Of a stretch of DNA of 64,000 bases, positions 12,001-25,176 are shown piece after piece; positions within the stretch are counted from its first letter, which is position 1, and each line of letters starts with the position of its first letter. The notes beneath the pieces were generated by a model. That model was given only the letters and a program-made list of their open reading frames with translations. It was not told the origin of the DNA and made no database searches. The DNA is from Takakia lepidozioides (Eukaryota > Plantae > Bryophyta), in assembly GCA_030704615.1 (NCBI GenBank), contig CM060733.1:11532001-11596000 (forward strand), in the 5' to 3' direction. A program made the translations under genes and the position numbers.

Positions 12001-14198
12001 CTCTACATTTCTTCCTCTTCTCTCCTTTCTTCCCACTTTACAGCTGTCTGTTTTGCTCAACCCTTCGAAGAAATTTGCCATCTTCTTGGATGGCTTGACA
12101 CACACTGCCTTCATAAAGTGATATTGTGGATGGTTGTGGCATGTAGCAAGATCATCACGCGAGTCATCAGTCATTGGGCCATCAGAGGAATCTGCCCAAG
12201 GTATGTTCTATTTTCTATTGACATGTCCTGGTTCCTTTCCCTCCTTTGCAGGAGAGCAGCTCACATGAGGGTGGTTGTTTTTGTTTGAAATTTTGAGTGT
12301 GAATCCTCTGAAGGCTCTATCAGTAAGACTGCATTCACTGAAAAGTATGAACCATCTTTACAGCAAGGACCAATGATCAATATATGGAGAAAGTTCAGGC
12401 TTGTTGGTGAAGGTGAAGGCTCGAGCGGTCTAGTTCTTGTTACAGTAGTTTCGGGTTTATATGCTATTTCAATCTATGGACTTGTCATATGCCAGGAATT
12501 AACGTAGAACTTCTGTGGGGGTGATAGTGGCTGTCCAGCTGTCCTTAGGATGCTGGAGTATTTAATCAAACGGAAACGCTTCTTTGTTGTTAACACTACG
12601 TCATAAACCCGATGGTCTTCTGAATTGGACTCCTTGCTTGCTCAGTGAGAAGGTTGTTTTGGAAAGTAGTTCAGGTTTCTGCCTCATCTTCCCTTGTGAA
12701 TGATGATGACATTGATAGGTGATGTGGGCTTTACAGAGGGTGGACTACACTATCAATCCCCAACCAAAGGGGTGGTTGAGGACGCTGCCCAAGGTTGCTC
12801 CTTTCCTGGACTTGCTTTCTGGTTGCATGAGGTCCATCTTTTGGACTGCGCCTGCTTCTCTCTCCTGTCACTGGTGGATATGCATGCAGCTTTATGCATT
12901 TGTGAGGGAGAGGTTGGGAGATAGGGAGAGCAATGGAGGAGAGGTAGGAAAAGTCATGCTAGAAGAAGTGAAAATCAAACAGTTAAGCAGAGGGTCACTG
13001 GGTTTTGAGGAGAGTCCAGCAAGGGATATTGGGGGGACTCATGTTAAAGTGTGCTTTAGGTAGCCTTGTGATGTTGCAGCCAGCTGCAAGATCTGAAAAA
13101 GGTGTATGGAAGTTGAATATGATCAGAGAAGAAAGGAGACTTGGAATTGTGCCTGGCTCAACACTCTATTAGGAGCAGTGCTGGCTTTGGTCTGAGAGGA
13201 AGGAAGACATACTCTTCAAAGATTTCAGAGTCTGAGGTAGAGAAACTAAAGAAAGACCGATATCTCCTGTTCCTAACTGTCTTTGCGGGCGGGGGGAGAG
13301 GGGGGTGCGGGTGTGGGTTACGGTTGCAGCTGTTGGGAAGAAGGGACACCACATGGGTGACTATATTCCACCAGAGGAACTGGAGAAGTTTCTGGCCAAG
13401 TGCAATAATGCCATGGCAGCCAAGGCAGCCAAAGCTACTGCTGACCGTGCCAAAATCCAAGCAGACAATGTGGGTCATCGCCTGCTCTCTAAAATGGGCT
13501 GGAAAGAAGGTATTTAATGAGTTGTTACATCATTATTGCCATCTTGTTTTTAGACACCAATTGGGTTGCAAATAGACTAACCTCCCAGCTCTGGCTCAGA
13601 AACCAAAGTGGATCACATGAGGTGTATCATGTTGTGTAGGTAAAGCATTTGTCTGCAGCATCAAAACAGGTTTCAAAAGCCTGAACTGAAGGACCAAGTG
13701 GATTGTTCGGTATGGGATGCCTTGGTGCTGTCTGCAGGTGAGGGTCTGGGAAGTGGGAGAAGTGGACGGGCAGACCCTGTCGTGGCAGGCACAGTGAAAC
13801 TCAACAATCTGGGGGTGGGTGCTGAGCAACCTGGAGAGGTGACAGCTGATGATGACATCTATGAGCAATACAAAAAGCGCATGATGCTTGGCTACCGCTT
13901 TCGACCTAATCCTCTTGTAAGGATCTTAACTCTCTCATGCATGCACCTGCACAAGTGCAACTGATGAACTAATTAAGCGGATTGTTTCTTTCTACTTAAG
14001 CCAACCATGATAGTTGCCAAACACCCTGGACAGGATTCACTAGACCAGTGGATGTGTGGAAGGCAGTGTATGCCGTGACATGAACCACTGTATCTCGATC
14101 AGCAGTTGGTTGTCAATATGTTCTTTTGAGAAGAGATGGTTACTTGAATTTGTCTTGCTTGTTCTTTGCAGAATAATCCAAGGAAGGCTTACTACTAG
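6015..14198 (+). CDS. SUGP1: SURP and G-patch domain protein 1-like splicing factor, ~433 aa; exons 6015-6387, 6808-6934, 7258-7367, 10270-10434, 11598-11738, 13330-13509, 13738-13916, 14172-14198
   Basis: NDGSFLERFK; SURP domain (VADKLASFVAKNGRQFE...FLFD...YKYYEY); YHTPTSALY; MMEFYMKKA; GHHMGDYIPPEELEKFL; G-patch (NVGHRLLSKMGWKEGEGLG); C-terminus YRFRPNPLNNPRKAYY*. All junctions are GT-AG with compatible phases. Confidence 0.93.
7600..10150 (+). mobile_element. Degraded non-LTR retrotransposon (LINE; endonuclease, RT and C-terminal Zn-finger remnants) in SUGP1 intron 3, with a tandemly duplicated 3' end
   Basis: Fragments DFNARV..FGEDEHNSNGKRLI (~7695-7790), SDHFLV, FLDVKKAYDTVWR (~8465), GVAQGCTL (~8623), LMFAD; many stops and frameshifts. 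Its 3' part is homologous to 10493-11529, and the terminal ~180 bp is repeated at ~9980-10145. Boundaries approximate. Confidence 0.85.
10493..11529 (+). mobile_element. Young 5'-truncated LINE insertion in SUGP1 intron 4
   Basis: Perfect 15-bp TSD tgtttacctcaataa at 10478-10492 and 11530-11544. The open 295-aa frame contains LKFKLRAGSLPL and CNCPLCGQSEDSIHFLIHC (LINE ORF2 C-terminal Cys/His motif). Confidence 0.9.
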
Positions 14199-14659
14199 GC
14201 TGCTTGACACCGTAGCCCCAATGCTAGTCAAGGACTACGAGCTGTATCTTATCCAACAATCTAGAAAATTACACCCTCGCTGGGTTTCTATGTGAAAGAT
14301 GTGCCTTGATGGGCTTGCCATATTCCTATCCCGGAAAGAGGAGTCTTATGGACACGCTTAATTTTGTTGAGAATAATTGCTTTTCAATGCGATGACCATC
14401 AGTTTTTTGACAACAGGGGACCAAAAGTTTTATCCTGTTTTGAATGAATGTGTTGTATCCGGCCACACTTCTTTATATGTACCTGTGATCAAATTTCAGC
14501 TTAGATCCTGTTGATTTGTCTCTTTCAGTTTGGTAACTGCACCTGAGGTTTGGCAGTCCACAATACTGTATCGAAATAGCGGTTCTTGCTGTCTCTGATG
14601 CCTCTATAGCCAACGATTAAATCTTCTCTGAACTTGTTCCCAGTCAGCAACATGGCCGC

Positions 14660-15027
14660 GGTCCTTGAGGATGATCTGAAGGGCCTACCTACCTACCCTC
14701 GGCACCAGATTGAACTTAAACTCAGGCCGGGTTAGCCTACCTTTGAACAGCAAAAGATGCAGAGGGCAAAGGGAGATTGTAAGTGCCTGATGTGCGGACA
14801 GCCTGAAGATAATATCCACTTTCTCATACATTGTTCTGGGTATTCTCGCCAGAGAGGCCCTCTTCAGGTCCACCAAGGACATTGGTCCTGCACCTCCGTT
14901 TACCAACTTCGAGAATCTCGAGGCTGAGGCTAAAACCCTGGCCCTATTGGGAACTAATTACTGGGCAACTCACACACAGCAGATTGATACTTGTGTGAAT
15001 GGCTTTCTAGAGGATATCTGGGAAGCC
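14660..15027 (+). mobile_element. Third fragment of the same LINE family
   Basis: Clear similarity to 11025-11385 (gatgatctgaagggcctacc ... cacacagcagattgat ... gaggatatctgg). Confidence 0.85.
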
Positions 15028-18000
15028 TGTGCTGCTGCTGTGTCTCCCTCTCATGGTTGTTTCCTTTTTCATTATGTCATACCAGACTTTCATTCTCCTT
15101 GAAGTAGAGAGGGTGTGGGGCGTTATACATACTACACCTTCCCCAACTATTGTGCTTAGCCTGTGGAGGATACGAGAGTTTTCACCAAGCACAAAATGTG
15201 GTGGAGACGTCGAGTTGATAATAAGTAGAGAAAGTGGCAGGATTTGCAAGCAATTTGACACTGGAGTTAAGTTAGCAATGGTGGCTACACGTGTGTTACG
15301 GCTTATTTCTCACATCATAATATTGCTAGCTTGTATACATTGTCCAAGTTTCTGGCAATGGCTTCAGCAGTGGTTGCTAGCAGTATCCGAGAGAGAGTCA
15401 AGTGCTCATTAAGCTTGCTATCAAATTAAGCTTTGGAGAATCCACTGAGGTCAGGGTGGTCAGGCAAAGTAAGCAGCCTACTTTGGAAAATCTAAGCGAG
15501 AGTAAACCTAATTTTGCTTAGAGTAAAGTGGATTATGATGTGCTGCTAGAGGTAGCAGACACTCTCGCGTACAAGCAAACTTGCGCCATTTCGAGAGTTG
15601 GGCGTCCTTGGATTGGGGTCTTTCCCAAGTGGCGAGCAAGACAAGTACAAATTCTCTTGTTACTTGCCCGTTTTGATGAGCTTGATTTTAAGTAAGATAT
15701 TAAACTTGCCAGAGATTTTTTAGTTCTCATTATTGGAATTGTCTGCTGAAGATCATCTATGGTTTGAGAGAATCGATGAGTCTATCAAGTGTGGCTGCTC
15801 ACTATCACAGCCTTTGCCCTTAAGGATGAGGGTCGAAACACAAGGGGGATGTCCCTTTGGTGGGAGCAACGATAGTAGAGATAGTGGGGCTGAACGACCC
15901 TTGAGTGGCCAAGGTAGTCAAGCGAACAAGACACTTACTGCTGAAACTCTCAAGGATGCTGTGGAGGCTCGTACAGTGGTCATAGAGTAGGGAGTCATAT
16001 CAATGGGGTTGGTGTAGGACTCACTTCGGCTCCTCCTAGGGAATCGAGGTGGTGATTCAAAACTTAAGGGATTGTTTGGGAGACCTCGCTAACACCTACA
16101 AGCGTATATGTAGGGAGTATGAGTAACTCCAAGAGTGGTGAGAGCCCACTAAGCGACCTAGAGCTAGTGAAGCCTATAAGTACAAGGGACTGAGTTGTGA
16201 GCAGTCATTCCCAGGATTTTTTTATTACATATATATAAATATATAACCATATAACCAAGGGCATGTTGCCATCTAGTTTATTAGAGGGAAAAAATAAAAC
16301 CCTTTGATACCATAAGGTATAAGAAAGAAGCTAGAGAGATCACCATAATAATAGTGAGAGCCTGGAATTAACCAGAAAAACTAGATAAGCCCTAGAGGGT
16401 TGGGAAGGGGTGGATGGACGATCATTATCGACCAACCCACTACCGAGTAATGATGTCAAAAATATGAATGCAAGAATCTCCGTATGCATGCAGGATGAAA
16501 GGGACCCTCCAATGTAACCGCTAGCCTACCCTTAGTCCTTAGCCTTAAGAGTGGCCCCCGGGGAAGTCAGTTCCGTTTTTTTCCAAATGACGTGCAAAAA
16601 CATATAGGGTAACACATATATTACTTGAAAATAAAATATACAATATTTTTAGAAATAAAATTGGGGAACCTTTAAATTTGTGGATATCGTATTTAAATAA
16701 AAATAGGTTTACGAATAATGCTCCAATTATATATATTTTTAGAACTAATATAGGGGTGCCACAATGACGAGGGACATCTGTTTTTGATTCTATGGTATAT
16801 TTGTATTTTAGACTTCATAAATGACTAGTTGGATCTGGATGACGGGACTTGGATGACAGAGACTTGGTTTAGGGAGGATGCGTTCTGGTTTAGGGTTGGT
16901 TTATTTTCTTCTCACTTTGTCTTCTTCTCCGACTCTGATACGCTAATTGTCGATCTCGTGTTGTTGGAAGCTCCGGTTTATTCACTTGTTGTAAGGTACA
17001 TTGCTCTCTCACTTGAGGAATATTGTTTCACTAGACTCAAAATATGCAATAGTTTTCCTCATTCGTTTGATAGATGCATTAGAGCATTGAGCAACAAAAT
17101 ATTTTGCACTCTAACAAAAAATTTGTTTTATTTTTATGTTACTATAGGGTGTCAAATATTTGATGATTACAGTCAAATATGTAAAAAGTAGCCTGCCAGA
17201 TAATTGTGCATTAATATTACGAAATTAAATAATTATAGGGTGGATGAAAAAAATAAAATAATACCCCCATAGAAAATACCTCTGTATCACACGTGATTCT
17301 CTAACCTATATAGGCAGTGGCTTCCCCGAGGAGTGGCCGTGAGGGTGGAGCAGCCAACTTCAATGAGGGCCCAAACTTATTTGTCGAACCTGAGCTTCAC
17401 TGAGCTCTTCTCTTGGAGATGCCTCTAGTTGATATCGCGATCGCCGGTCTTTGGACCGGAGTCCTCTCTCTCTTTCTCTCTCTTATGGACTAAAAAAAAA
17501 TCATCTACACTCATATAATGGCACAAATGAAAACATACTAGGGGTGTCATTCTTAAAACCAATCCAAATCCACTTTTATATGGACTAGTTACCTTGAGAG
17601 CTATGGACTATTTTATACCTAAAAATTAAATTGTCCATAACCTGTTATGTTTTGGGTTTTTGGGATATGATTTTTTACTGAAAAGGCATACAAACCTATA
17701 ATCTAGAGGTGCCAGGTGGTATATGGACAAGTGGTTGTAAACTCTAAGTTTTGATATTTTCAAATTAAAGATTAATATATATAGTAAACAATGCCTTCAA
17801 TATTTTGAAGGTGAATCTTTACTAAAAATGTGAGATGCCTGTTGCAATTTCGAAGTCCCAGGTGGGAGGCGGAGCTTGAGGGCGATGGCGGAGAGGCGCA
17901 CAACGGTCTTCTCGCCTACCTCGACTCCATTCCATGCCACAGCGCAACGAGTCCATCCTGTTGTTGGGCCGATCGTCCTTCTTCTCTTCAAGCCGGGCCT

Positions 18001-20209
18001 AACCTTCTTTTTGATAGGATTTATCTAGTGTTTCATTAACATTCTATCATCCTCGCCCCTCATTCTCATTTCAAGCCTTTCCTCATTCATCTCCACAGTC
18101 TCATCATAACCCACACTCCCCCTAGTATCACCCTCTGAGCTCTATCGCATCAGCCGTCAAGCATTAATATCGCACGTCTAAACGTCTAAACCACCCTTCC
18201 CCCCTTTGTTTTGTCACTCCTCATAGTCCCCTATCGTAATTGGGTTTCTCTTTGCCTCTCTCCTCGCAGCCTCTCGTCAGTGTCTAATCCCGCTGGTTTA
18301 TTGCAGATTAGCGGTTAATGCTTGAGTTTAGTGGCTTTTAATCGTGGAGGCCCTTCTGTCTATGCAGCCTCAAGGCTGATGTGTGCTTGCCTCTCGATCT
18401 GTCTCTTGGCTTCTCTAATATCAGTTGCTCCAGGGTTCTTCCGCCTTAAGTGTCCCTCCTTTCTGCTAATCTCTGGGATCAGTGGGGTGCGCCTTCTTCT
18501 GTACTGCTTTTAGGGGTGCTTTTTAGTGTGGTGCTCTTTTTGTGCTTCTCCCAGTACCAATGACTCCTCCTGCAAATGGGCAGCTCAATATGAGAGGACA
18601 CCAGGACTCGTGCATGAGAGCCACAGCTCCTCCTCAGATGGGCAGATTCCATCCTTCTTCGGGAATTCACTGCAAAAATCCATAGCTTCATGAGATTTCA
18701 TCCAAATTTCAAAATAATTATACCCACATGTACATATGGTAAGTGGCTAGCCCATTCTAAGTCCATTTGCTATGAATATATACTTATGTGTATAGGGTGA
18801 AGAATAATATGATGAGCAGTCAGTCGAAAACTGCAAATTGCAGTCCAATCTGAGCCAGTATAGTCCGCATCTACCCGTACACACCAATCCACTTCAAAAT
18901 GTCATGTCTAATTGTAGACAACTTGCTCTCCAAGCTCCTACACGGTCTCTCCGGCAACCCATCAGCCCGTTTCTAATTGAAATGAACAACCATCCTTTTC
19001 CAGAATGCCTCGAATTTTTGACCGTTTCTTATACAAGGATCTTGTGACACAGCAAGAAACGAGATACGGAGTTGACGGTCCCCCTCATGAGTAAAATTTC
19101 TCCTCTATCGAGGCTTGGCAGGAGGGGGCGTGGTCGTTGCCAAGCTGCTGGCGGGAAGCATCGATGCGCGCTCTGCCATGGTCACGGTCACGCTGACTTG
19201 GATTCAGGGGCAGGTTCGGGGCTCTGAATATGGCGCTCGGGTTCAGAGCACGGAACGATATTCAGTGCCCGCTTTTTATGGGATATAGGGTTCAGGGCAA
19301 GGGTGTAGATGTTTTCCCCCCCACCTTGCAACTGTATACCCTGATATTCCGTTGGCATGCTAGGTTCAGTGTAGGGTAGGGATGCTCTTACGGCCTTCCG
19401 CTATGAAGGTGGACACCTTTGTGACACCAAAGATGGAATGAACCCACAACCACTTCTGAGGTGATATGTGCCCATTACCACTAGGCTACAACTTGGTTGA
19501 CAATTTGCACTCTATACATTATAGTCTGTCATGGATAAATGTGACCTCAGGCTACTACCTTTGAGGATCAAGAGACACCATAATTTACGCTTCCTTCGGC
19601 AGCCATTACATATTATTATTACCTCTATAAATGTTAAATTATCATAAATGTGAAGAAAAGCTTACTCCCCTACTTGTGCACACTAGGAAATATTAAATGT
19701 TGTTGTTGTTGGTTGTGTTTATTATTTATTTATTTATTGATTGTTAACCAATGTTTACTCCCATCTTCATGCTGGCAAATATTAAGTGCACCATAAAGGC
19801 TACAAGATATGCTCAACCTAGCTTGAGATAAGCTCTATAATTACGCTCCAGCTAGGTTTGAAGGTTGTTTTGATAGACATGATAACCTATGTGCATCCGA
19901 TGTCTTGCAAGTATATTGTATTGGGGATGTGCCTTCAACTGCTCGTGTAAAAAGAGTGGATGTTGTGTAACTGTCATGTTGTAAAAGATAGTGTGCGATA
20001 TTAATGCCTCCCTAACTATTTATGTGTTAACCTTATCTAAATGTTATTTTTTCTCTACTCCCCACCGTAATCATTTATACAGTCTGTAGTCTCCTCCCAG
20101 TCTAGGTGATCAAATATATAAAGTGAATTCTTCTTCTGAATTTTCTGTTAAAAATTAGTTGTATGTCCTATCTTGTTTCATGTCATTATGAGAGTCTGCT
20201 TGTATGGAC

Positions 20210-21018
20210 CAGTGTTGGGCGGGTATATGAATTACCCTGATATACGGGTATATCAGGGTATATTGATATATATATACCCTGGTGTGGCAAGTTTAGGTAC
20301 CCGGATGTATACCCTTATATCAGGGTATATTTGTATGATATATCCTTATACTTATATTTACCCTGTAGAGAACCTCCGGGCCGGGTACTTAAAAACATGG
20401 ACAGTTAGAGAACCTACGGTGCAGGGTATATCTTTGAGTTACATTTTTCACGGGTATGTTTATACCGATTCTTTAATGCAATTATCCGCCAAATCCGGTG
20501 CTCGGGTATATGTATAGAGAACCGAGAGATGACCCGGTTCCGAGTCCCGGTTCCGAGTTCAAAAGTTATTATGGACAGAATAAATAAAAAATGTGCATGT
20601 ATGAGATGGCCACAATTGTCAATAATTAAGCTCATTTTCTAGCACAACTAACCCTAAACTTCCTCTGGATTGCACTGTTGGCCTGTTGGCATTCAGTTCT
20701 AGCATTTTCACTACCCTTCTTCTTCCTCAAGGCTTCCACGCTAACCTTAGATAACCGCCCTTATACCCAGGGTATGTGTCAGGTGCAGTTACCCTTACCC
20801 TCCCCTCTCATTCCAACTCGTAGGTCAGGTTCTTATGGATACTTAGCTATTAGAGAACCCCCAGTTCGGTGAAGTTCACGGGTAAATAGATTTTGGTATC
20901 CGCCGGTTCAATCTTGACTAGGGTATTTGAAATTTTAATACCCGACTTTAAGGGGGCATATACCCAGGTCCGGAACCGGCGGTTCTTTCACCCAAAACCA
21001 GAGAACCGCCAAACACTG
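20210..21018. mobile_element. Non-autonomous hAT-type element
   Basis: TIRs cagtgttgggcgg / ccgccaaacactg (12/13); dense gggtat/ataccc subterminal motifs; flanks gtatggac / gttcgaac (GTnnnnAC, 5/8). A second right-end copy lies at ~21518-21541. Confidence 0.7.
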
Positions 21019-21599
21019 GTTCGAACCCGCTGCCCTGCCCTGTGTGTGGGCTTGTTCGTGTTTCGTGTGACGGTATGTCTGGGCGTGTCCCGTAGGTCTC
21101 ATGGCCCATAAATGAAAGGGGGTTAATCTTTCCCCCTCCTCAAGGGCCTGAATTGTGGGCTGTCGCTCCCATATTTCCTTAAATAAATAAATAAATAAAA
21201 ACCCCTCAAGGACCTAAATTGTGGGCTGTCAGGTTTCCTTTTATGTATATATATATGCTAGATCTAAAGAGGTATTGTTTGGGTTATATGACATTTAAGG
21301 AATGATATATATGTAACATTTGTTTTACTGTGATTGGAGCTTTCTTATAGCTCAAGGCTCCCTAACAACACAACAAAAAAGAGAAAAGACCTAGCACATA
21401 AAGGCTATGAAGGCACATAAAGGCCCTTATATACCCTGATTAGATATACCCTTCAGGAAGTAGGGTATATTGAGGGTCTTTACCTTCCACAAGATAGAAC
21501 CTACCCTGCAGGTTCTACCCAAAACCAGAGAACCCCAACACCCCGAACCAATAACAGTCCCCGAATCTCAATCCACGAATAACAGTATGGACTTCTGAT

Positions 21600-21705
21600 T
21601 TTTGAAGGATTGTGAACTGAATAAGATCAGTGGTGGAGTCGTGCGTATTTCCAGCTTGCCTAACAGCCTACAACATTCATCGTTTGTGGGGCTCTTGCAC
21701 CTAAC
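21600..21705 (+). pseudogene. Decayed 3' end of a copy of the PGIP-like LRR gene
   Basis: ttccagcttgcctaacagcc..tcgtttg..tgcacctaaccaagctcagg aligns with 26119-26215 (IPACLGSLPDSSFAG...CT*). Confidence 0.65.
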
Positions 21706-22476
21706 CAAGCTCAGGTATAACCCGCATAAAGGTACATCTAGGTAGTACACGCTCAGCTCCAAACCAGTGACAATAGGCCACCTGCCTGTGGTGCTGGTCG
21801 AAACCCGCCACGTTGCAGGAAATTAAATTTAGTTGAAATTTGTCACTTTATGTGAATATTATGTCGGCACTGCACGTTGCAACGCTGCATAGGCCAAGCT
21901 GGTGTGCTCGCAGCGATGGCCGCCAGCTGTCTATGTAGCCTGTCTTGGCGTTGTGGGCTCTCTGCTCGTATAAAACTCTCTGCCCTGCGACGTGCCAGTA
22001 ATTCATCGCGTGCCACAGTCTCCATCTTCTGTTTCTCAGAGCCACAGTTATCCGACATTGCAGCTGCTCGCCATCACTCTTCACTCTTCTCTCTTTGAGT
22101 CTCTTCAGACCCACGTTCTGACATCGTCTCTGCCTCGCAGCATTTGCTCTTGCACTGCTCTGTTTTCCGTATCTTTGAAGCGCAAATGACGACCATCGCG
22201 ACTACGACTGGGACGACTGCAAACCCTCCTTGCTGCCCCGTCATTCCAACTTGTTTCCAGTGTGGAACTCACCGCAACCCGTGCCACTGCAGGGTGGTTG
22301 GCCCCACGTTGGGAGTGGTAGCTTTCGCTGTGGCAGCAGCCATTGAATGGCCGGTGGGAGCTTTTGTGTGGTGCTTCAAACATTACAAGGGGCGACGCAT
22401 CATGGCGCACCCGGCTGCCGTGGTCTATCCCCGTGTTGCAAGCTGCCTTCCCATCTAGATCGCCGCCTCGCAACCA
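21640..22476 (+). repeat. Segmental direct repeat, copy 1 (copy 2 at ~26115-26946)
   Basis: Shared sequence from gctcaggtataacccgcataaaggta through the promoter and peptide gene to cgcctcgcaacca; ~4.5 kb offset. Confidence 0.95.
22186..22458 (+). CDS. 90-aa Cys-rich protein with a hydrophobic segment, copy 1 (resembles a small uncharacterised plant family)
   Basis: MTTIATTTG..CCP..CFQCGTHRNPCHCRVVGPTLGVVAFAVAAAIEWPVGAFVWCFKHYKGRRIMAHPAAVVYPRV. TATA-like tataaaa at ~21969. Protein identical to copy 2. Confidence 0.85.
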   Translation: MTTIATTTGTTANPPCCPVIPTCFQCGTHRNPCHCRVVGPTLGVVAFAVAAAIEWPVGAFVWCFKHYKGRRIMAHPAAVVYPRVASCLPI

Positions 22477-22999
22477 TTATGCAGCTCTGTGGATATTGCC
22501 TGGGCATATACCGCGTGTAAATAGTTTCAACTGCGACTCGACGAATTTTGTGCACAGGCAGGAACAGCAGTGGGCGATATTTAGTTAGCACACATGTGTT
22601 ATTTGGAGCTGCAGAGTAGTGAGCTATGATGTGAAGGAAAACAGACTTCTAAGCTCGGGTTTTAGCTGTATATTTCCGAGAAGCTGCATGTACATGCACA
22701 GGAAGAGCTCGTCAGGGTTGAAGAGGTCTGTCTTTAGGATATTTGGACAATGTCCGGCTGGACTCATTCTGTACACGTTATACATAACACAATTTAATTC
22801 ATTGGATACTTTGATTCAAAGAGTTCAGTGTAATTTGCGATTTATATCTAGAGGTCTTCATGGTGTACCATCAGTACTCGTTTGATTTGCAAACAGCCCG
22901 CTGCGACCCATACTGCCGAAATCTATGCAGCATGCACGATCAGACCAAGTGAGCTAATTTGTTTGTGGGTCTTACTGTTCCAGGCCCGAATCGCTGGGA

Positions 23000-24720
23000 G
23001 TCTATCAGGCTAGAGCTGAAAGGGTACCCTAGGAAGTTTATTAATTAGACCCTGCTGCCTCCAAATTTGGTCCCGACAGTTCCCCATTTTGAGGTGTAAG
23101 TAGGGAAGTGTGTGAGACCACTCTGAGATGTCTGCTGACTTCCCTGTGAGAAAGTGACGAAGGCTGCGAGGGAGAGGTGCAAGGCAGACATGACCCTTAC
23201 GCGTGCAATTATTTGAGTATGCACTGCCATGCTACTCCTCCCAGTCTTCACTCCATCCACTGAGATCTCCTCTCGGTACTGGAAGAAGTGAATTGAGACA
23301 CCAAAACTCAAATTAAGACCTAAATTTTCTGGGCACCTGAGCGATCCAGCTTCGTCTGGTTTTTGTTAGGGCCTCGGGATGCAGTGATATAGGTCTGCCA
23401 ACTTGGTTGCTGCTCGCTTACCAAATTGCACTGGAATTTCACCTGTTGACATATTTAAGTTCAATCCAGTGATTTTATCATCATCTGCAATTTTACTCAA
23501 GCACAAAGAATTAAACGTACATGTGTCACATCTGATACAGAGCTGTGAGGGCAGGTTTTGGACAGACAGACAGGGAGTCTCCATGGGCTAGTAATGAATC
23601 TGGAAATGAGTGCAAGGCTGCTCTAGCACATCGACATCAATCCTGTTCAAACGATCGGCAAGTTAGTGGCGAAGTCTCTGGGGCACACCTTTCCCACTAC
23701 TGCTTCTGAACCTACTCTCCCTTCACAACGATGCAAGCGTGAGTGAGTCCATGGGTCAGCTGTGTATCAACAAGTCAAGCTGGAGTCTTCGACACCCCGG
23801 GCAGGTATCAATATCCAAGGGCCTTCGTGTTGTCTCTTCAGAAGTGCGACATTTCGCGACCACCATTACTTCATTGAAAATCTGTAGATTAAATTCTAGA
23901 TGCCTGCAGCGCCATTTGGAAGACTAGATGACAAAAATGACACACCAGCTTTCATGTGTTGATTTTCGCCCGTGCCAAGATATCGGTGGCCTACATCGGT
24001 GAGCGCAATACGTGGGAATTTGGCGCCAGAGTTCATGGCCGATATGGGTAATCGCTTTTAACCTGTTGTGGGTTAGCATGTCTCCCTGCTGTGATAGTCA
24101 CCTTTGTGCATATTGCTTGCCGGGACCGGCCAAGTGCCGTGGGCCTTGGACAGCGAGGCAGCCTGCTTGTGAACCCTATACACATAAAAACAACCATCCA
24201 TGTCATCATTCGACCATGCTCCACCGACGTCGGCAAACTTTGGATAACTTGGCCGGGAGGGCCAGGACATGGAAATTGGCCCTTAGGAGTCGTGGGGCAC
24301 CTTGAGCTAAGTGCTCACGACATGGGAGATGTGACACAGAGCAGGATGACGACACCTTGGATCCTGGCATTCCCTATTTCGTAAAGCACTCCCAAGAAAA
24401 TTTGTCTGTGTTTATCGTGCCGTTAAAAAAGCAGAATTCATCAGGGTGCATTCCACCTGGACAACGACCTTGGACGTAATGTGCACTTCTGCTGCAAGTT
24501 CCACGCTTCTTCCCATAGTGTTGACCAGAATCATCTGGCTGCGCTTATGTGGCGCACCATTTAGCAGAGACAGCAATGACGTAGTTTAAGTTCAATTTTG
24601 TGAAAGCGTCAAAAGTCAGGACCAAGTTTTGTGGCGAGTCCAACATGTCACTAATGGCGTACTCTTGATATTTCAACTCTTTGGGGTTGCAGCTGTAGAA
24701 TTGACAGAAGCTACAGTACT
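23000..24720 (-). pseudogene. Possible highly degenerate LRR/receptor-like gene remnant
   Basis: Only DDKITGLNLNMSTGEIPVQFG (ORF 23366-23584) is LRR-like; the rest is interrupted and the extent is uncertain. Confidence 0.3.
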
Positions 24721-25176
24721 GTCGTGAGCTGTCGCGCGGTTACAGTAGTGGACTTGCACTAGGTGGAGTACGTCAACGCAAATTAATCCGTTGAGACAGG
24801 CTGTAGGAGTTCGTCGGCTGATGGGAAGATTTGACCCACATGACTATCCATCCGAAGCGTCGACTTTGCTGCTATGGATTGCCCGCTGCTGTGGATTTCG
24901 ATATAAAATCGTCGCTGGACTTTGCATCTTCTCCATGTTTTCTCACCATTTCGATATCTAGAGCTCTCTTTTGCAGCAACATGTTCCTCCGCATTTATTG
25001 CGTCACGAGTTACACTTCCATCTGAATCTTCACGTCCACTTCGAATTTAAAGTTGCAACTCGGACTATCCCGGCTCGACTCACATTCGGCCTCCATCGCA
25101 GATTTCGACCTGAACCCTACAGGTCTCTCGAACGACTACTGAGAGTTGTGAAGTTGGGTCTCGTGATCACACAGGG

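Noticed and set aside
15130-19500. Probable transposon debris (LTR-like and AT-rich segments, cagtggc at ~17315)
   Set aside because: No paired termini, TSDs or coding motifs that I can support.
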